From Gammaproteobacteria bacterium (GTDB lineage Bacteria; Pseudomonadota; Gammaproteobacteria; Steroidobacterales; Rariloculaceae): a DNA stretch of 64,000 nt. The notes under the pieces were generated by a model. The model had not been told where the DNA came from. It saw nothing but the letters and a program-made list of their open reading frames with translations, and made no database searches. Shown in pieces: positions 42,567 through 51,869 of this stretch (the stretch's first letter is position 1; every line of letters begins with the position of its first letter). Where the stretch lies: positions 3,783,162 to 3,847,161 of the forward strand of contig OY761822.1 of assembly GCA_963664945.1 (NCBI GenBank). Reading direction: 5' to 3'. The position numbers were made by a program, and so were the translations under genes.

Positions 42567-43910
42567 CTACACTTCGTCGGACCAGTCCTTGCGCTCCAAC
42601 AATGCCCTGACCTTTTGCAGGAATGCCGCCGAGTAGGCGCCGTCCAGCGCGCGATGGTCGAAGGACTGGGCGAGTATCCCGACGGGCCGTATCGCGATGG
42701 CATCGCCCGTCGGCGATTCCACCACCACTGGCCGCTTGCTTATCGCATCCACGGAAAGAATGGCCACCTGGGGCTGGTTGATGATGGCCCCGGTCATCAG
42801 CGTGCCGTACGAACCGTTGTTGGACAGGGTGTAGGTTCCACCGGAGTATTCGTCCGGATCGAGTTTGCCCTTGCGCGCCCGATCCCCGATGTCGTGGATG
42901 GCATGCGCCAGGCCCGCGACGGTCAGGGAATCGGCGTTGCGGATCACCGGCGCCACCAGGCCCTCGAAATTGAGGTTCACCGCGATGCAGAGGTGGACCG
43001 CCGGATGAAGCACGAGCGCATCCCCGTCCACGCTCGAGTTGATGTTCGGATAGTCGCGCAACGCGAGACATGTGGCGCGGGCGATGAACGGCAGATAGGT
43101 CAGCGAATAGCCCTGTTTGGAGCGCCAATCCTGCCGTTTCGGCAACCTGACCCGGTCGACGCCGGAAAAGTCCACTTCCACCGCCTGCATGACGTGTGCG
43201 CTGGTGGACTTGGAGTGCACCATGTGCTCGGCGGTGACCCGGCGGATGCGGTCGAAGGGAACGCGGGTGGACTCGCCCGGAGCCCCGGCGGGCGGCTGAG
43301 CCTGTGAAACCGCCGGCGCCGGCCTCGATTCGGGTTCGGGCGCGGCAGGTTCGGGCGCGGCAGGCTTCGACTCGGCCGCGGCCCTCTGCTCCACGAAACC
43401 CAGGACATCCTTGCGAGTGATCCGGCCGTCCCGACCGGTACCGGCGATTTCCTGTGCATCGACCCCGTGCTCCGCCAGCAACCGGCGCACCACGGGGGAC
43501 AGGCGGAGTCGTCCACTCTTCCCGCCCCGGCCTTTCGCCTTCGCCATCTTTACGGCCTTGGCGGTTTGACGTTCGGAGCGCCCGGCCGGGGAAGCTCGCT
43601 TGCCTCCAGACCGAGGCGTGGATTTCGCGGCCCCCTCCTCTTCGGACGTTTCCGCCGCTGCCTCCGACTCCTCGGCCGAATCAGTTTCGATAACGGCCAG
43701 AACCGTGCCCACGTCCACCGTCTTGCCCTCGGGCACGAGAACCGAAGCGATCACCCCGGCGACGGGCGCGGGCACCTCTGTAGCCGCCTTGTCGGTCTCC
43801 ACGTCCAGGAGAACCTCGTTCTTCTCGACCGCATCGCCCTGCTTCTTGTGCCACGCGGCCACCGTACCCTCGGCGACGGTCTCTCCGAGTTGGGGCATCA
43901 GCACGTTCAT
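42567..43910 (-). CDS. 2-oxoacid dehydrogenase E2 (dihydrolipoamide acyltransferase)
   Basis: Start moved to ATG 43910 (MNVLMPQLGETVAEGTVAAWHKKQGD...VETDKAATEV lipoyl domain). E3-binding region SPVVRRLLAEHGVD. Catalytic SFDHRALDGAYSAAFL. Confidence 0.92.
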   Translation of the reverse strand: MNVLMPQLGETVAEGTVAAWHKKQGDAVEKNEVLLDVETDKAATEVPAPVAGVIASVLVPEGKTVDVGTVLAVIETDSAEESEAAAETSEEEGAAKSTPRSGGKRASPAGRSERQTAKAVKMAKAKGRGGKSGRLRLSPVVRRLLAEHGVDAQEIAGTGRDGRITRKDVLGFVEQRAAAESKPAAPEPAAPEPESRPAPAVSQAQPPAGAPGESTRVPFDRIRRVTAEHMVHSKSTSAHVMQAVEVDFSGVDRVRLPKRQDWRSKQGYSLTYLPFIARATCLALRDYPNINSSVDGDALVLHPAVHLCIAVNLNFEGLVAPVIRNADSLTVAGLAHAIHDIGDRARKGKLDPDEYSGGTYTLSNNGSYGTLMTGAIINQPQVAILSVDAISKRPVVVESPTGDAIAIRPVGILAQSFDHRALDGAYSAAFLQKVRALLERKDWSDEV

Positions 43911-43980
43911 GGTTCCAACCTCGCGTGCATTGGCGCTGGCACCGCAACCACCTGACAATGACGGATGGGTGGCCGCGGCA

Positions 43981-44958
43981 TCAGTCCACCAGGCGAATTA
44001 CGTTGTCGACGATTCTTTCGGCGCTGGGCAAGACCGCATCCTCCAGCGCATCCGCCGACGGCAGGGGTATGTGCGGCGTCGTGACCCTCATGATCGGCCC
44101 TTCCAGGTCCCAGAACAATTCTTCGGCGACGATCGACGAGAGTTCGGCGCCCCAACCGCAGAGGCGCGGGTTTTCCTCCACCGTGACCAGCCGGCCGGTA
44201 CGGGAAACCGAGTCGAAAAGCGTCTGTGTATCGAGCGGCACCAGGCTCCGGATATCGATCACTTCGGCCGAAATCCCGTGCTCGTCTGCAAGCGTGTCCG
44301 CGGCCTTCAGCGCGCGCGGCACCATCGCGGCGAGCGCGGCGATGGTGACATCGTCGCCGTCGCGCACGACCCTGGCAACGCCCAGGGGCTCGACGTGCTC
44401 GCCGTCCGGCACATCGCCCTTCACGGCGTAGAGGGACTTCTGCTCGAAGAACATCACCGGATCCGGATCGCGCACGGATGCGGCCAGCAGGCCCTTGACG
44501 TCGGCCGGCGTGGAAGGGGCGACCACCTTCAGGCCCGGTATCGCCATGGCCCAGTTCTCCACGCTCTGCGAGTGCTGGGCGCCGAACCGGCTGCCACCGC
44601 CGTTGGCGCTGCGCAGCACCAGGGGAAACGAGCACTGCCCGTCGGTCATGTACCGCGTCTTGGCGATCTGGTTGGCCACCAGGTCCCAGCACACCGCGAA
44701 GAAGTCGGAGAACATGATTTCTGCGATGGGGCGAAGCCCGGTCATGGAGGCGCCCATGGCCGCGCCGATGATGGCCTGTTCCGATATGGGCGTGTCCCTG
44801 ACCCGGTCCGGCCCGAACTCTTCGAGCAGTCCGACCGTCGTCTTGAACACGCCGCCGGCAGCGGCCACGTCTTCTCCAAGGAATACGACATCCTCGTCGC
44901 GGCGCATCTCCTGGGCAATGCCGTCGCGGACGGCTTCCCGATAGGTCAATTGCGCCAT
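43981..44958 (-). CDS. 2-oxoacid dehydrogenase E1 component beta subunit
   Basis: Only the last 325 aa of track ORF 43981..45663 are real: MAQLTYREAVRDGIAQEMRRDEDVVFLGEDV...RVRDTPISEQAIIGAAMGASMTGLRPIAEIMFSDF. The start overlaps the E1alpha stop by 13 nt. Confidence 0.92.
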   Translation of the reverse strand: MAQLTYREAVRDGIAQEMRRDEDVVFLGEDVAAAGGVFKTTVGLLEEFGPDRVRDTPISEQAIIGAAMGASMTGLRPIAEIMFSDFFAVCWDLVANQIAKTRYMTDGQCSFPLVLRSANGGGSRFGAQHSQSVENWAMAIPGLKVVAPSTPADVKGLLAASVRDPDPVMFFEQKSLYAVKGDVPDGEHVEPLGVARVVRDGDDVTIAALAAMVPRALKAADTLADEHGISAEVIDIRSLVPLDTQTLFDSVSRTGRLVTVEENPRLCGWGAELSSIVAEELFWDLEGPIMRVTTPHIPLPSADALEDAVLPSAERIVDNVIRLVD

Positions 44959-45974
44959 GTCGCGCTCCCGTCGGCCCAGACGTCGATGTGGGCGATATCC
45001 ACCGGCGGCGGCGGGCTGTTGCGGGCTTCCTCCGTCGCCTGGTCGATGACCGCATCGGTCTCGGACTCGATGGCCTCGATTTCGGCCTCGGATACATCCA
45101 GGTCGATCAACCGCTTCCGGTACATCGGTATGGGGTCCCGGGCGAGCCAGGCCTGCAATTCCTCGTCCGGGCGGTACTTGCCGGGATCCGCGCGGGAGTG
45201 ACCGCCATGGCGGTAGGTATGTGCTTCGATCAGGCTCGGTCCGTCGCCGCGGCGCGCCTTGTCCAAGGCAGCGCAGGCGGCCTCGTAAACCACATCGGCA
45301 TCGTTGCCGTCGATGACGATGGACGCAAGCCCGTACGCGCCGGCCCGATCCGCCGCCGGGTTCTTGACCGCCGTGACTTCGTCGATGGGCGTGTATTCCA
45401 TGTAGAGGTTGTTCTCGCAGACGAATACCACGGGCAAGTTCCAGATCACCGCGAAATTCAGTGCCTCGTGGAATGCGCCGATGTTGGTCGTCCCGTCGCC
45501 GAAGAAACAGACCGACACCTGTCCGGTGCCCTTGTACTGAGCCGACCAGGCTGCGCCCGCGGCCACCGGCAGATGCGCTCCGATGATCGCGTAGGAACCC
45601 ATGGCGCCGTGCTCCACGCTGGTCAGGTGCATGGAACCGCCCTTGCCGCGCAGCAGGCCGCATTCCCGGCCCATGAGTTCACCGAGAATGGACGTCATGG
45701 TGACGCCCCGGACATAGGTGTGGTTATGGCCGCGGTAGGTGCAGAACGTGTAATCGTCGGAGCGCATGGCCGTTCCGAATCCGGCGGCGACAGCCTCCTG
45801 GCCCAGGGCCAGGTGACTGGTTCCCTTGACCAGGTTCTGCATGAAGAGATCGTAGGCGCGCTGTTCCAGGACGCGGCACTCGTACATGACCCGATAAAGC
45901 TTGAGACGAGTCGCCTGATCGATTCCCGGCGCCTGCACGATGGCGGTTTTCTTCGCTGCCGCGGTGTTGCCCAT
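44946..45974 (-). CDS. 2-oxoacid dehydrogenase E1 component alpha subunit (TPP-dependent; pyruvate/acetoin type)
   Basis: ATG 45974 follows AGGGA. YRGHNH, the TPP motif GDGTTNIGAFHEALNFAVIWNLPVVFVCENNLY, and YRHGGHSRAD. Confidence 0.92.
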   Translation of the reverse strand: MGNTAAAKKTAIVQAPGIDQATRLKLYRVMYECRVLEQRAYDLFMQNLVKGTSHLALGQEAVAAGFGTAMRSDDYTFCTYRGHNHTYVRGVTMTSILGELMGRECGLLRGKGGSMHLTSVEHGAMGSYAIIGAHLPVAAGAAWSAQYKGTGQVSVCFFGDGTTNIGAFHEALNFAVIWNLPVVFVCENNLYMEYTPIDEVTAVKNPAADRAGAYGLASIVIDGNDADVVYEAACAALDKARRGDGPSLIEAHTYRHGGHSRADPGKYRPDEELQAWLARDPIPMYRKRLIDLDVSEAEIEAIESETDAVIDQATEEARNSPPPPVDIAHIDVWADGSATWRN

Positions 45975-45983
45975 GGTTCCCTG

Positions 45984-46026
45984 CCTGAAATACAAAAATC
46001 GCCCCCGCCAGGATGGCGAGGGCGAT
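45984..46026 (-). terminator. intrinsic terminator-like hairpin + U-tract, 10 nt upstream of the E1alpha SD (attenuator or sRNA terminator)
   Basis: Minus strand reads ATCGCCC-t-CGCCA tcc TGGCG-g-GGGCGAT (12 bp, GC-rich, 3-nt loop, 46026-45998), followed by TTTTGTATTTCAGG. The AGGGAACC-ATG of E1alpha comes next. Confidence 0.7.
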
Positions 46027-46078
46027 GCGGTAGCTTAACAGCTAGCAACACGGACTAGAAGATGCAGAGGTTGTACAA

Positions 46079-46200
46079 CAGCAATTCCCGCCAACGACGC
46101 TCGCTCATCCGTCTTGGCCCGAATAAACGGCGAAATTCGCCATTGGGGCGTGATCCTGGAGGCGATTGTCGGGTCTCCCGGCGCTTGGCGGGAATTGCTG
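46079..46200 (-). other. long-range 16-bp perfect inverted repeat enclosing 90 nt (structured RNA leader or MITE-like element)
   Basis: cagcaattcccgccaa (46079-46094) pairs with ttggcgggaattgctg (46185-46200). An inner hairpin ggcgaa-a-ttcgcc is present. No credible ORF. Confidence 0.6.
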
Positions 46201-46287
46201 GTTGTCCAACGAGAAATGAGCCTGAGCGGCAAGCGGTATTCCAGCGAGACAAGCCTGAACCAAGGGCGGGAATCGCAGTCGAAAGCC

Positions 46288-46312
46288 CCCCCACCGATTG
46301 TCTCGGTGGGGG
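46288..46312 (-). terminator. hairpin downstream of TBDR 46403..48880 (terminator candidate)
   Basis: cccccaccga-ttgtc-tcggtggggg, a 10-bp stem. On the minus strand it is followed by GGCTTTCG, a weak U-tract. Confidence 0.4.
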
Positions 46313-46402
46313 CCCTTTGCAGTGCTTCGAACGTCGGCCTCCAGCGGCCGAAGGGACGGATGAGGGCGGATTTGCAGCCGTGAATTCCTACGGCGCAAGC
46401 TC

Positions 46403-48880
46403 CTAGAACCTGTAGGTCAGGCCCAGGCCGACCTCGCGCGGATCGCGCGGCAGCACCTGGAAGTTACTGGCTCCCATGCCGCCCTGATTGTAGTCCGTAC
46501 CCTCCTGGACGATACGCGGTGTATCGTCGTTGGTCAGATTTCGCCCGTAGAGCCGGAAATCCCACGGTTCGTTGCGGAAGTTGATGCTCGCGTTCAGGGT
46601 CTGCGTCTCGGGCAATGCCATGTAGTTGGCATTGTCGAGCCACTGCTCGCCGATGCTTCGCCAGTCGAGTCGCGCCACGAGATTCCAGTCCGTATTCGCC
46701 AGCGGCGCGCGGTAGGTTGCCGAAACGTTGTATGCGAAATCCGGTTGTCGCGTGAACTCGTTACCGATGGCGCTCACGCAGTTGAAGAGCACGCCGGAGC
46801 CATCGCCGACCGTATTCGTCGGCGTCAGGCCGATATCCTGCACGGCGCCGGGCGAGCAGAACGTCTCGTACTCCGTCGACTGCCAGGTGGCCGATCCACG
46901 CACGTCCCAGTTGTCGTTGACTACCCAGGTGGCCTCCGCTTCGAGGCCGTGCACGTTGGCCGACCCGAGATCGAGCTGCGCCCGGATCATGTAGTCGCCC
47001 GGAGTCAAACCCGGGAGGAATCCCGGACTCTGCACGCCCTGCTGGGCAGAGAGCGTGTCCACGTTGAAGTTGACGGTGAACGCCTGGTTGTAATGCTCCC
47101 AGTCCATCTGGTAGACCGCGGCCGCCAACTGCACGCGATTGTCCGCGAGTCCCGCCTTGATACCGACTTCGAAGTTCGTGATCTCTTCCTGTTCATAGAA
47201 GAGGATGCTTTCCAGTTCCCACTCGACGAGGCCGAGATCGTACACTTGCTCATGCGCAGCGACGATCCTCGGGCTGCGCGCCGCGGGAATTACGCCGGCC
47301 GGATTGATGCCGGTTGCAAACTGCGCGTAGGCAGTCACGCCGTTGTCGAACGCGTGATTGACCGCGAGACGGGGAATAAACGAGGTCGTCGTGTTGGTGA
47401 AGGCTTCGTCGGTCACCTGGTTGACGTTGGTCATGTCTTCGCTCTGGTAGCGCCCCTCCAGCGAAACCGTCGTGCGCTCGCTGATGTCATACGTGACATT
47501 CGCGAACACGGCCCTGTTCTGCGACATCTCAGAGATGATGACGTTGGGCTGAATCGCCAGCTCTTCCCGGCGTCCCTGGAGGATGCCCGCGTACTGGCTC
47601 CACACGAGTGTCAGGAAGTCGTAGTCGTACACCGAGCCGCCGGCCGTCCAGCGCAGGCGATTGTCGCCCGGCGACAGCCACCGTACCTCCACCATCTTCT
47701 CCTCGATGTCGGTCGGATCGGCCATGTGATTGACCGTCATGGGACCCATGGCGACCATGGCCACACCATTCACCACAGCGATATTCAACGGCGCATTGCT
47801 GCGATCGCCGTCCGCCTGGCGATTGTAGTATTCCTCGGAGTAGAGGGTCAGGACCTGCAGATCGCCGTTATCGAAGGCGAAGTTGAACTCGCCCTGGAGA
47901 CGGTCGCGCTCGTTGACCACGCTCGGATCGACGATGCTGTAAGTCGAGGCCAGATCGATGGCGGCCGGGTCCGTGTGACCTGCCGTGACGTCGATGTTGG
48001 TTGGAATGCCGGTCGGCGGCGCCGAAACGTCGCAGTCGAAGGCGCCGCGAATCCAGCGGACCCCGATGAGGTTCGGGCTTTCGAAGTTCGTGCAGTCCCT
48101 GTACGACTCGGGGCTGATGTAATAGCGCAGCGTCATGTCGTCGTCGGTTCTGAGCGACTGGGCTCTTACTTCGCCGCTGAACGTGTCGCTGGGCGCGAAT
48201 GCCAGCTTGCCGCTGATGTACTGCGTGTTGGTGCCGCCGACGTGGATGCCGTCGGTCGTCACCCAGGAATCGTCGCCGTCGTACTCGTCTACATTGACAT
48301 CCAGCGTGTATCCGAACGTGTCGTTGATCGGGCCGCCGAGGGCGAGCGTGACGTTGTTGCGCCCCAGACTGCTCGTGCCGGCTCTGAGGTCGCCCTCGAA
48401 CTCTTCGCCCGGATCGCGCGTCACGTAGTTGATCGCGCCTGCGAAGGTCGAGCGCCCGAACGCGGCGCTTTGCGGGCCGCGGAATACCTCGACGCGCTCG
48501 ATGCCCGCGAACTGCATCGTGCCCTGTGCGCCGACGAGCGGCATGCCGTCGATGAAAGACATGACTTTCTGTCGCGTCGTGGCCGTCGCCGTGGACTGGA
48601 TGCCACGCACCGCCGGCGTCGCGGAGATACGGTCATGATTCACGTCGTAATCGACGCCCGGCGTGAGTTCGAAGAAGTCGCGTGGATCGAAGATGCCCGC
48701 CTCTTCAATCAATCCGGCGTTGATGACGGAGATGGAAACCGGCACCTCCTGCAGGTTCTCCTCGCGCTTCCGGGCGGTCACCACAATTTCTTCCAATGCG
48801 GTCACGCCCTGGCTGTGCACGGGTGGCAAAATCAATGCTCCGGACAGTGAAACGACGATCAAGCGAAGTACTCGGCGCAT
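46403..48880 (-). CDS. TonB-dependent receptor
   Basis: Start moved to ATG 48880 (MRRVLRLIVVSLSGALILPPVHSQ), preceded by GGAGGAGA. LEEIVVTARKREENLQEVPVSISVI, IERVEVFRGPQSAAFGRSTFAGAINYVT, C-terminal ...LGLTYRF. Confidence 0.93.
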   Translation of the reverse strand: MRRVLRLIVVSLSGALILPPVHSQGVTALEEIVVTARKREENLQEVPVSISVINAGLIEEAGIFDPRDFFELTPGVDYDVNHDRISATPAVRGIQSTATATTRQKVMSFIDGMPLVGAQGTMQFAGIERVEVFRGPQSAAFGRSTFAGAINYVTRDPGEEFEGDLRAGTSSLGRNNVTLALGGPINDTFGYTLDVNVDEYDGDDSWVTTDGIHVGGTNTQYISGKLAFAPSDTFSGEVRAQSLRTDDDMTLRYYISPESYRDCTNFESPNLIGVRWIRGAFDCDVSAPPTGIPTNIDVTAGHTDPAAIDLASTYSIVDPSVVNERDRLQGEFNFAFDNGDLQVLTLYSEEYYNRQADGDRSNAPLNIAVVNGVAMVAMGPMTVNHMADPTDIEEKMVEVRWLSPGDNRLRWTAGGSVYDYDFLTLVWSQYAGILQGRREELAIQPNVIISEMSQNRAVFANVTYDISERTTVSLEGRYQSEDMTNVNQVTDEAFTNTTTSFIPRLAVNHAFDNGVTAYAQFATGINPAGVIPAARSPRIVAAHEQVYDLGLVEWELESILFYEQEEITNFEVGIKAGLADNRVQLAAAVYQMDWEHYNQAFTVNFNVDTLSAQQGVQSPGFLPGLTPGDYMIRAQLDLGSANVHGLEAEATWVVNDNWDVRGSATWQSTEYETFCSPGAVQDIGLTPTNTVGDGSGVLFNCVSAIGNEFTRQPDFAYNVSATYRAPLANTDWNLVARLDWRSIGEQWLDNANYMALPETQTLNASINFRNEPWDFRLYGRNLTNDDTPRIVQEGTDYNQGGMGASNFQVLPRDPREVGLGLTYRF

Positions 48881-49024
48881 GTGCAATCTCCTCCAGAACT
48901 TGTTGGCCCACACCACAATTCCCGCTCTACCGTGCCGCCTCGCACAACTCGCGAACGGCCTGCGGGCGCAGGAACCCAGATCATACGGGAGCGTAACCGG
49001 CACTGTCGAGGAAATTCACAATTC

Positions 49025-49051
49025 GTTGCATAACTGCAACATTCTTGTCAA
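49025..49051 (-). promoter_or_regulatory. TTGACA box followed by a GTTGC-N6-GCAAC dyad upstream of TBDR 46403..48880
   Basis: Minus strand reads TTGACA (49051-49046) agaat GTTGC agttat GCAAC (49040-49025). This is the same AATGTTGC-N6-GCAAC dyad found upstream of TBDR 12828..15611. Confidence 0.4.
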
Positions 49052-49056
49052 GCGCA

Positions 49057-49383
49057 TCAACCGAACCGGCCATCGGACCGGTGTACCCGAGCAAGGTGCT
49101 CGGCAGGCAAACTCTCCGTTACCCTCGAAACGACTACCGTAACCAGCACGGCCGTCAGCCCGGCCAACGTAGCCGCGGAATAGGGGCTTGTGGCATAAAA
49201 GTCGAACCAGCGCCCGAACGATTCCAGGAACGTGCCCGACGGCCAGTGCCCGGAAAGCGCCTCGCTGTGAATCAGCACGAACAGGATCGCGCCGGTGACT
49301 CTCCGGTTGCCCAGCACGCCGAATCCGACCATCGCCAGGATGTAGCCGAACAGGAAAAGCCAGGACCAAGTGTATAGGGTCAT
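49057..49383 (-). CDS. small hypothetical membrane protein (3 predicted TM segments)
   Basis: MTLYTWSWLFLFGYILAMVGFGVLG..AILFVLIH..ATLAGLTAVLVTVVV. High GC3. No family recognised. Confidence 0.5.
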   Translation of the reverse strand: MTLYTWSWLFLFGYILAMVGFGVLGNRRVTGAILFVLIHSEALSGHWPSGTFLESFGRWFDFYATSPYSAATLAGLTAVLVTVVVSRVTESLPAEHLARVHRSDGRFG

Positions 49384-49519
49384 TTAGCTATCCGGGTGTC
49401 GCCGGGTCGAGCGCAATCCCGGCCACGCGCAGCCTCGCTTTTCGATAAAAGTTGAAAACGCGCCATTTTAACGAAATAATCCGCGCGCACGATACGACGC
49501 CGCAACATCTCGGGAGTAC

Positions 49520-50548
49520 ATGATGATCAATGCCGCCATCGTCGGTATGGGTTGGTGGGGACAGACTCTGGTCGAGTCCGTCTCCGGCGCCAGCAACAAG
49601 ATCCGGTTTGCCGCCGGTGTCGCCCGACGCTCGACGGAGCAACTCGAAGCGTTTACCCGGGAGCATGGTCTGACGTTCGTCAATGACTACGCGGAAGTCC
49701 TCGACGACCCGAATATCGACGCCGTAGTCCTGGCCACTCCTCATTCGGTACACGCCGACCAGGTAGTGGCGGCCGCGGAGGCCGGCAAGCATGTCTTCTG
49801 CGAGAAACCTTTCGCGCTGCGCAAGGCGTCCGCCGAGCGGGCGGTGGCGGCGACCGAAAAGGCCGGCGTGACCCTCGGGCTCGGATATAACCGCCGCCTG
49901 CATCCGGAAATGACCAGACTGCGCGACCAGATCGGATCCGGAGAACTCGGCGAGATTCTGCACTTTGAAGCCAACATGACATTCCCCAATGCGCTGTTCC
50001 TGTCGCCGGACGCCTGGCGGGCGAGCCGGGACGAAACACCCTGCGGCGGCCTGACGCCCATGGGGGTCCACGCGGTCGACGGCATGATCGACCTCGGCGG
50101 CGAGATCGACGAGGTGTATTGCCAGAGCTTCAGGCGCGTCGTGGCCGTGGACGCCGACGACACCACCTCGATGCTGTTTCGCATGGGGGCGGGCATGTCC
50201 GGGTACCTGGCCACAATGACGGCCACCGGCGGCGGTTTCAGCTTCCAGGTCTTCGGCTCGAAGGGATTCGTGAGGCTGGAGGGCATGACCCATATCGCCG
50301 GCGCGCCCTCGGAGGAACGGCGCAAACGGTGTTTCGGCACCTGCTACTTCAAGCCGGTGAAGGGACCTCTGAAAACCTGGGAGGCAGACCAGTTCGACAT
50401 TGTGCAAGCCTGCCTGGAGCAGTTCGCGGACGCCGTGGACGGCACGCAGCCGTTCATCGTCCCCACACAGGAGATGATTCACGGCGCAGCGGTGACGGAA
50501 ACCATAGTAAAGTCGGCGGCTTCCCATCAAATCGAGAAAGTGATCTGA
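49520..50548 (+). CDS. Gfo/Idh/MocA family oxidoreductase
   Basis: MMINAAIVGMGWWGQTL Rossmann start, VVLATPHSVHADQVVAAAEAGKHVFCEKPFAL signature. Confidence 0.88.
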   Translation: MMINAAIVGMGWWGQTLVESVSGASNKIRFAAGVARRSTEQLEAFTREHGLTFVNDYAEVLDDPNIDAVVLATPHSVHADQVVAAAEAGKHVFCEKPFALRKASAERAVAATEKAGVTLGLGYNRRLHPEMTRLRDQIGSGELGEILHFEANMTFPNALFLSPDAWRASRDETPCGGLTPMGVHAVDGMIDLGGEIDEVYCQSFRRVVAVDADDTTSMLFRMGAGMSGYLATMTATGGGFSFQVFGSKGFVRLEGMTHIAGAPSEERRKRCFGTCYFKPVKGPLKTWEADQFDIVQACLEQFADAVDGTQPFIVPTQEMIHGAAVTETIVKSAASHQIEKVI

Positions 50549-50627
50549 TCCGCCGCCGGGCAGAGCGGCGGCGTAAACAGATACAACCCATTTACCAGAG
50601 ACAACGGATTAACCAAGGAGACACGCG

Positions 50628-51860
50628 GTGAGAGAAGGCACAGTTGGAATGATGCAGGTGGACTATGAGCAGCGGATGGACATGGACCGCATGCGAGAAC
50701 ACCGGGTGTCGAGAATCAAGAAATACATGGACGAATTCGACGTGGAATGCCTGCTGCTGTTCGACACCAGCAACAAGCGCTACGCCACCTCCACGGCCGT
50801 CGCCTCGCCCGAAGTGGACAACATGGGCCGCTACGCCATCGTGCCACGGGATGGCTACCCGCATATCTTTGGATTCGGCTCGGAGGTTGCCGCGGAAAAA
50901 CTCTACTGTCCCTGGGTGGCCGAAACCACGTTCCCGGCGCACGGCACCATGCACGGCGCCCTGCCCATGGCCTGGAAGTGCTACGAGGGCTTTCTCAAGG
51001 ACCTGGACATGGTGCTGGACAACCACGGCATGGACAAGAAGAAGGTCCGCATCGGCGTGGACATCGTCGAGTCCCAGATCATCCTGGCGCTGCTTGAGAA
51101 CGGCTACAACATCACCGACGGCCAGGGCGTGATGCAGTATGCCCGCGCCATCAAGAACGAAGACGAGATCATGTGCCTGAAGCACGGTGCAGCCATTGTC
51201 GATGGCGCATTTCACAAGATCGCGCAGACCATCGCGCCCGGAGTGAAGGAGAACGACCTGCAGGCGGTTGCCGCACACGAAATGCATCGCCTGGGCGCCC
51301 AGTGGGTCCACAACGTGCAGGTCACGACCGGCAATCGAACCCATCCCCACCCGCACCTGAGCTCGGACCGCCTGATTCAGCCCGGCGACATGATCTTCAT
51401 GGATATCGTCTGCATGTTCAACGGCTACCACACCTGCGTCTACCGCTGTTTCTGCTGCGGCAAGCCCAACCAGAAGCAGCTGGACATCCACAAGCGCTGC
51501 CTGGAATACCAGCTCGCCGGAATTGAGGCCGTGAAGCCGGGCGTGACCAGCGCGGACGTCGCTGCCGTCTGGCCGGACCACAAGGCCATGGGCGCCCGCA
51601 GCGAGCACGAAGTCTTCGGGCTGCAGTACGGGCACGGCCTCGGCGTCGGACTGTGGGAGTTCCCCATCATCTCCCGAGCCTACAGCTTCGACCATCCGGT
51701 CGAGATCCAGCCCGGCATGGTATTCGCGCTGGAAACCTACGCGGGAATCGGTTACGACGGCGTACGGCTGGAAGACGAGGTGGTGGTCACGGAAACCGGC
51801 ATCGAAGTCATCACCAAGTTCCCGACCGATGAACTCTTCGGTTGCGGAATGAACTACTAG
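50628..51860 (+). CDS. M24 family metallopeptidase-fold protein (Xaa-Pro peptidase/creatinase-like)
   Basis: GTG 50628 lies 7 nt after AAGGAG. Creatinase-like N-domain, then the pita-bread domain: IKNEDEIMCLKHGAAIVD, GDMIFMDIVCMFNGYHTCVYR, HGLGVGLWEFP, GMVFALETY, RLEDEVVVTETG. Confidence 0.8.
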   Translation: MREGTVGMMQVDYEQRMDMDRMREHRVSRIKKYMDEFDVECLLLFDTSNKRYATSTAVASPEVDNMGRYAIVPRDGYPHIFGFGSEVAAEKLYCPWVAETTFPAHGTMHGALPMAWKCYEGFLKDLDMVLDNHGMDKKKVRIGVDIVESQIILALLENGYNITDGQGVMQYARAIKNEDEIMCLKHGAAIVDGAFHKIAQTIAPGVKENDLQAVAAHEMHRLGAQWVHNVQVTTGNRTHPHPHLSSDRLIQPGDMIFMDIVCMFNGYHTCVYRCFCCGKPNQKQLDIHKRCLEYQLAGIEAVKPGVTSADVAAVWPDHKAMGARSEHEVFGLQYGHGLGVGLWEFPIISRAYSFDHPVEIQPGMVFALETYAGIGYDGVRLEDEVVVTETGIEVITKFPTDELFGCGMNY

Positions 51861-51869
51861 CCGTCGCTC

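Noticed and set aside
50628-51860. Calling the M24 protein a DMSP lyase (DddP), given AcuI/YhdH elsewhere in the window
   Set aside because: The similarity I can see is generic for the M24/creatinase fold. The AcuI-like gene is 25 kb away, and no other DMSP or acrylate genes are present.
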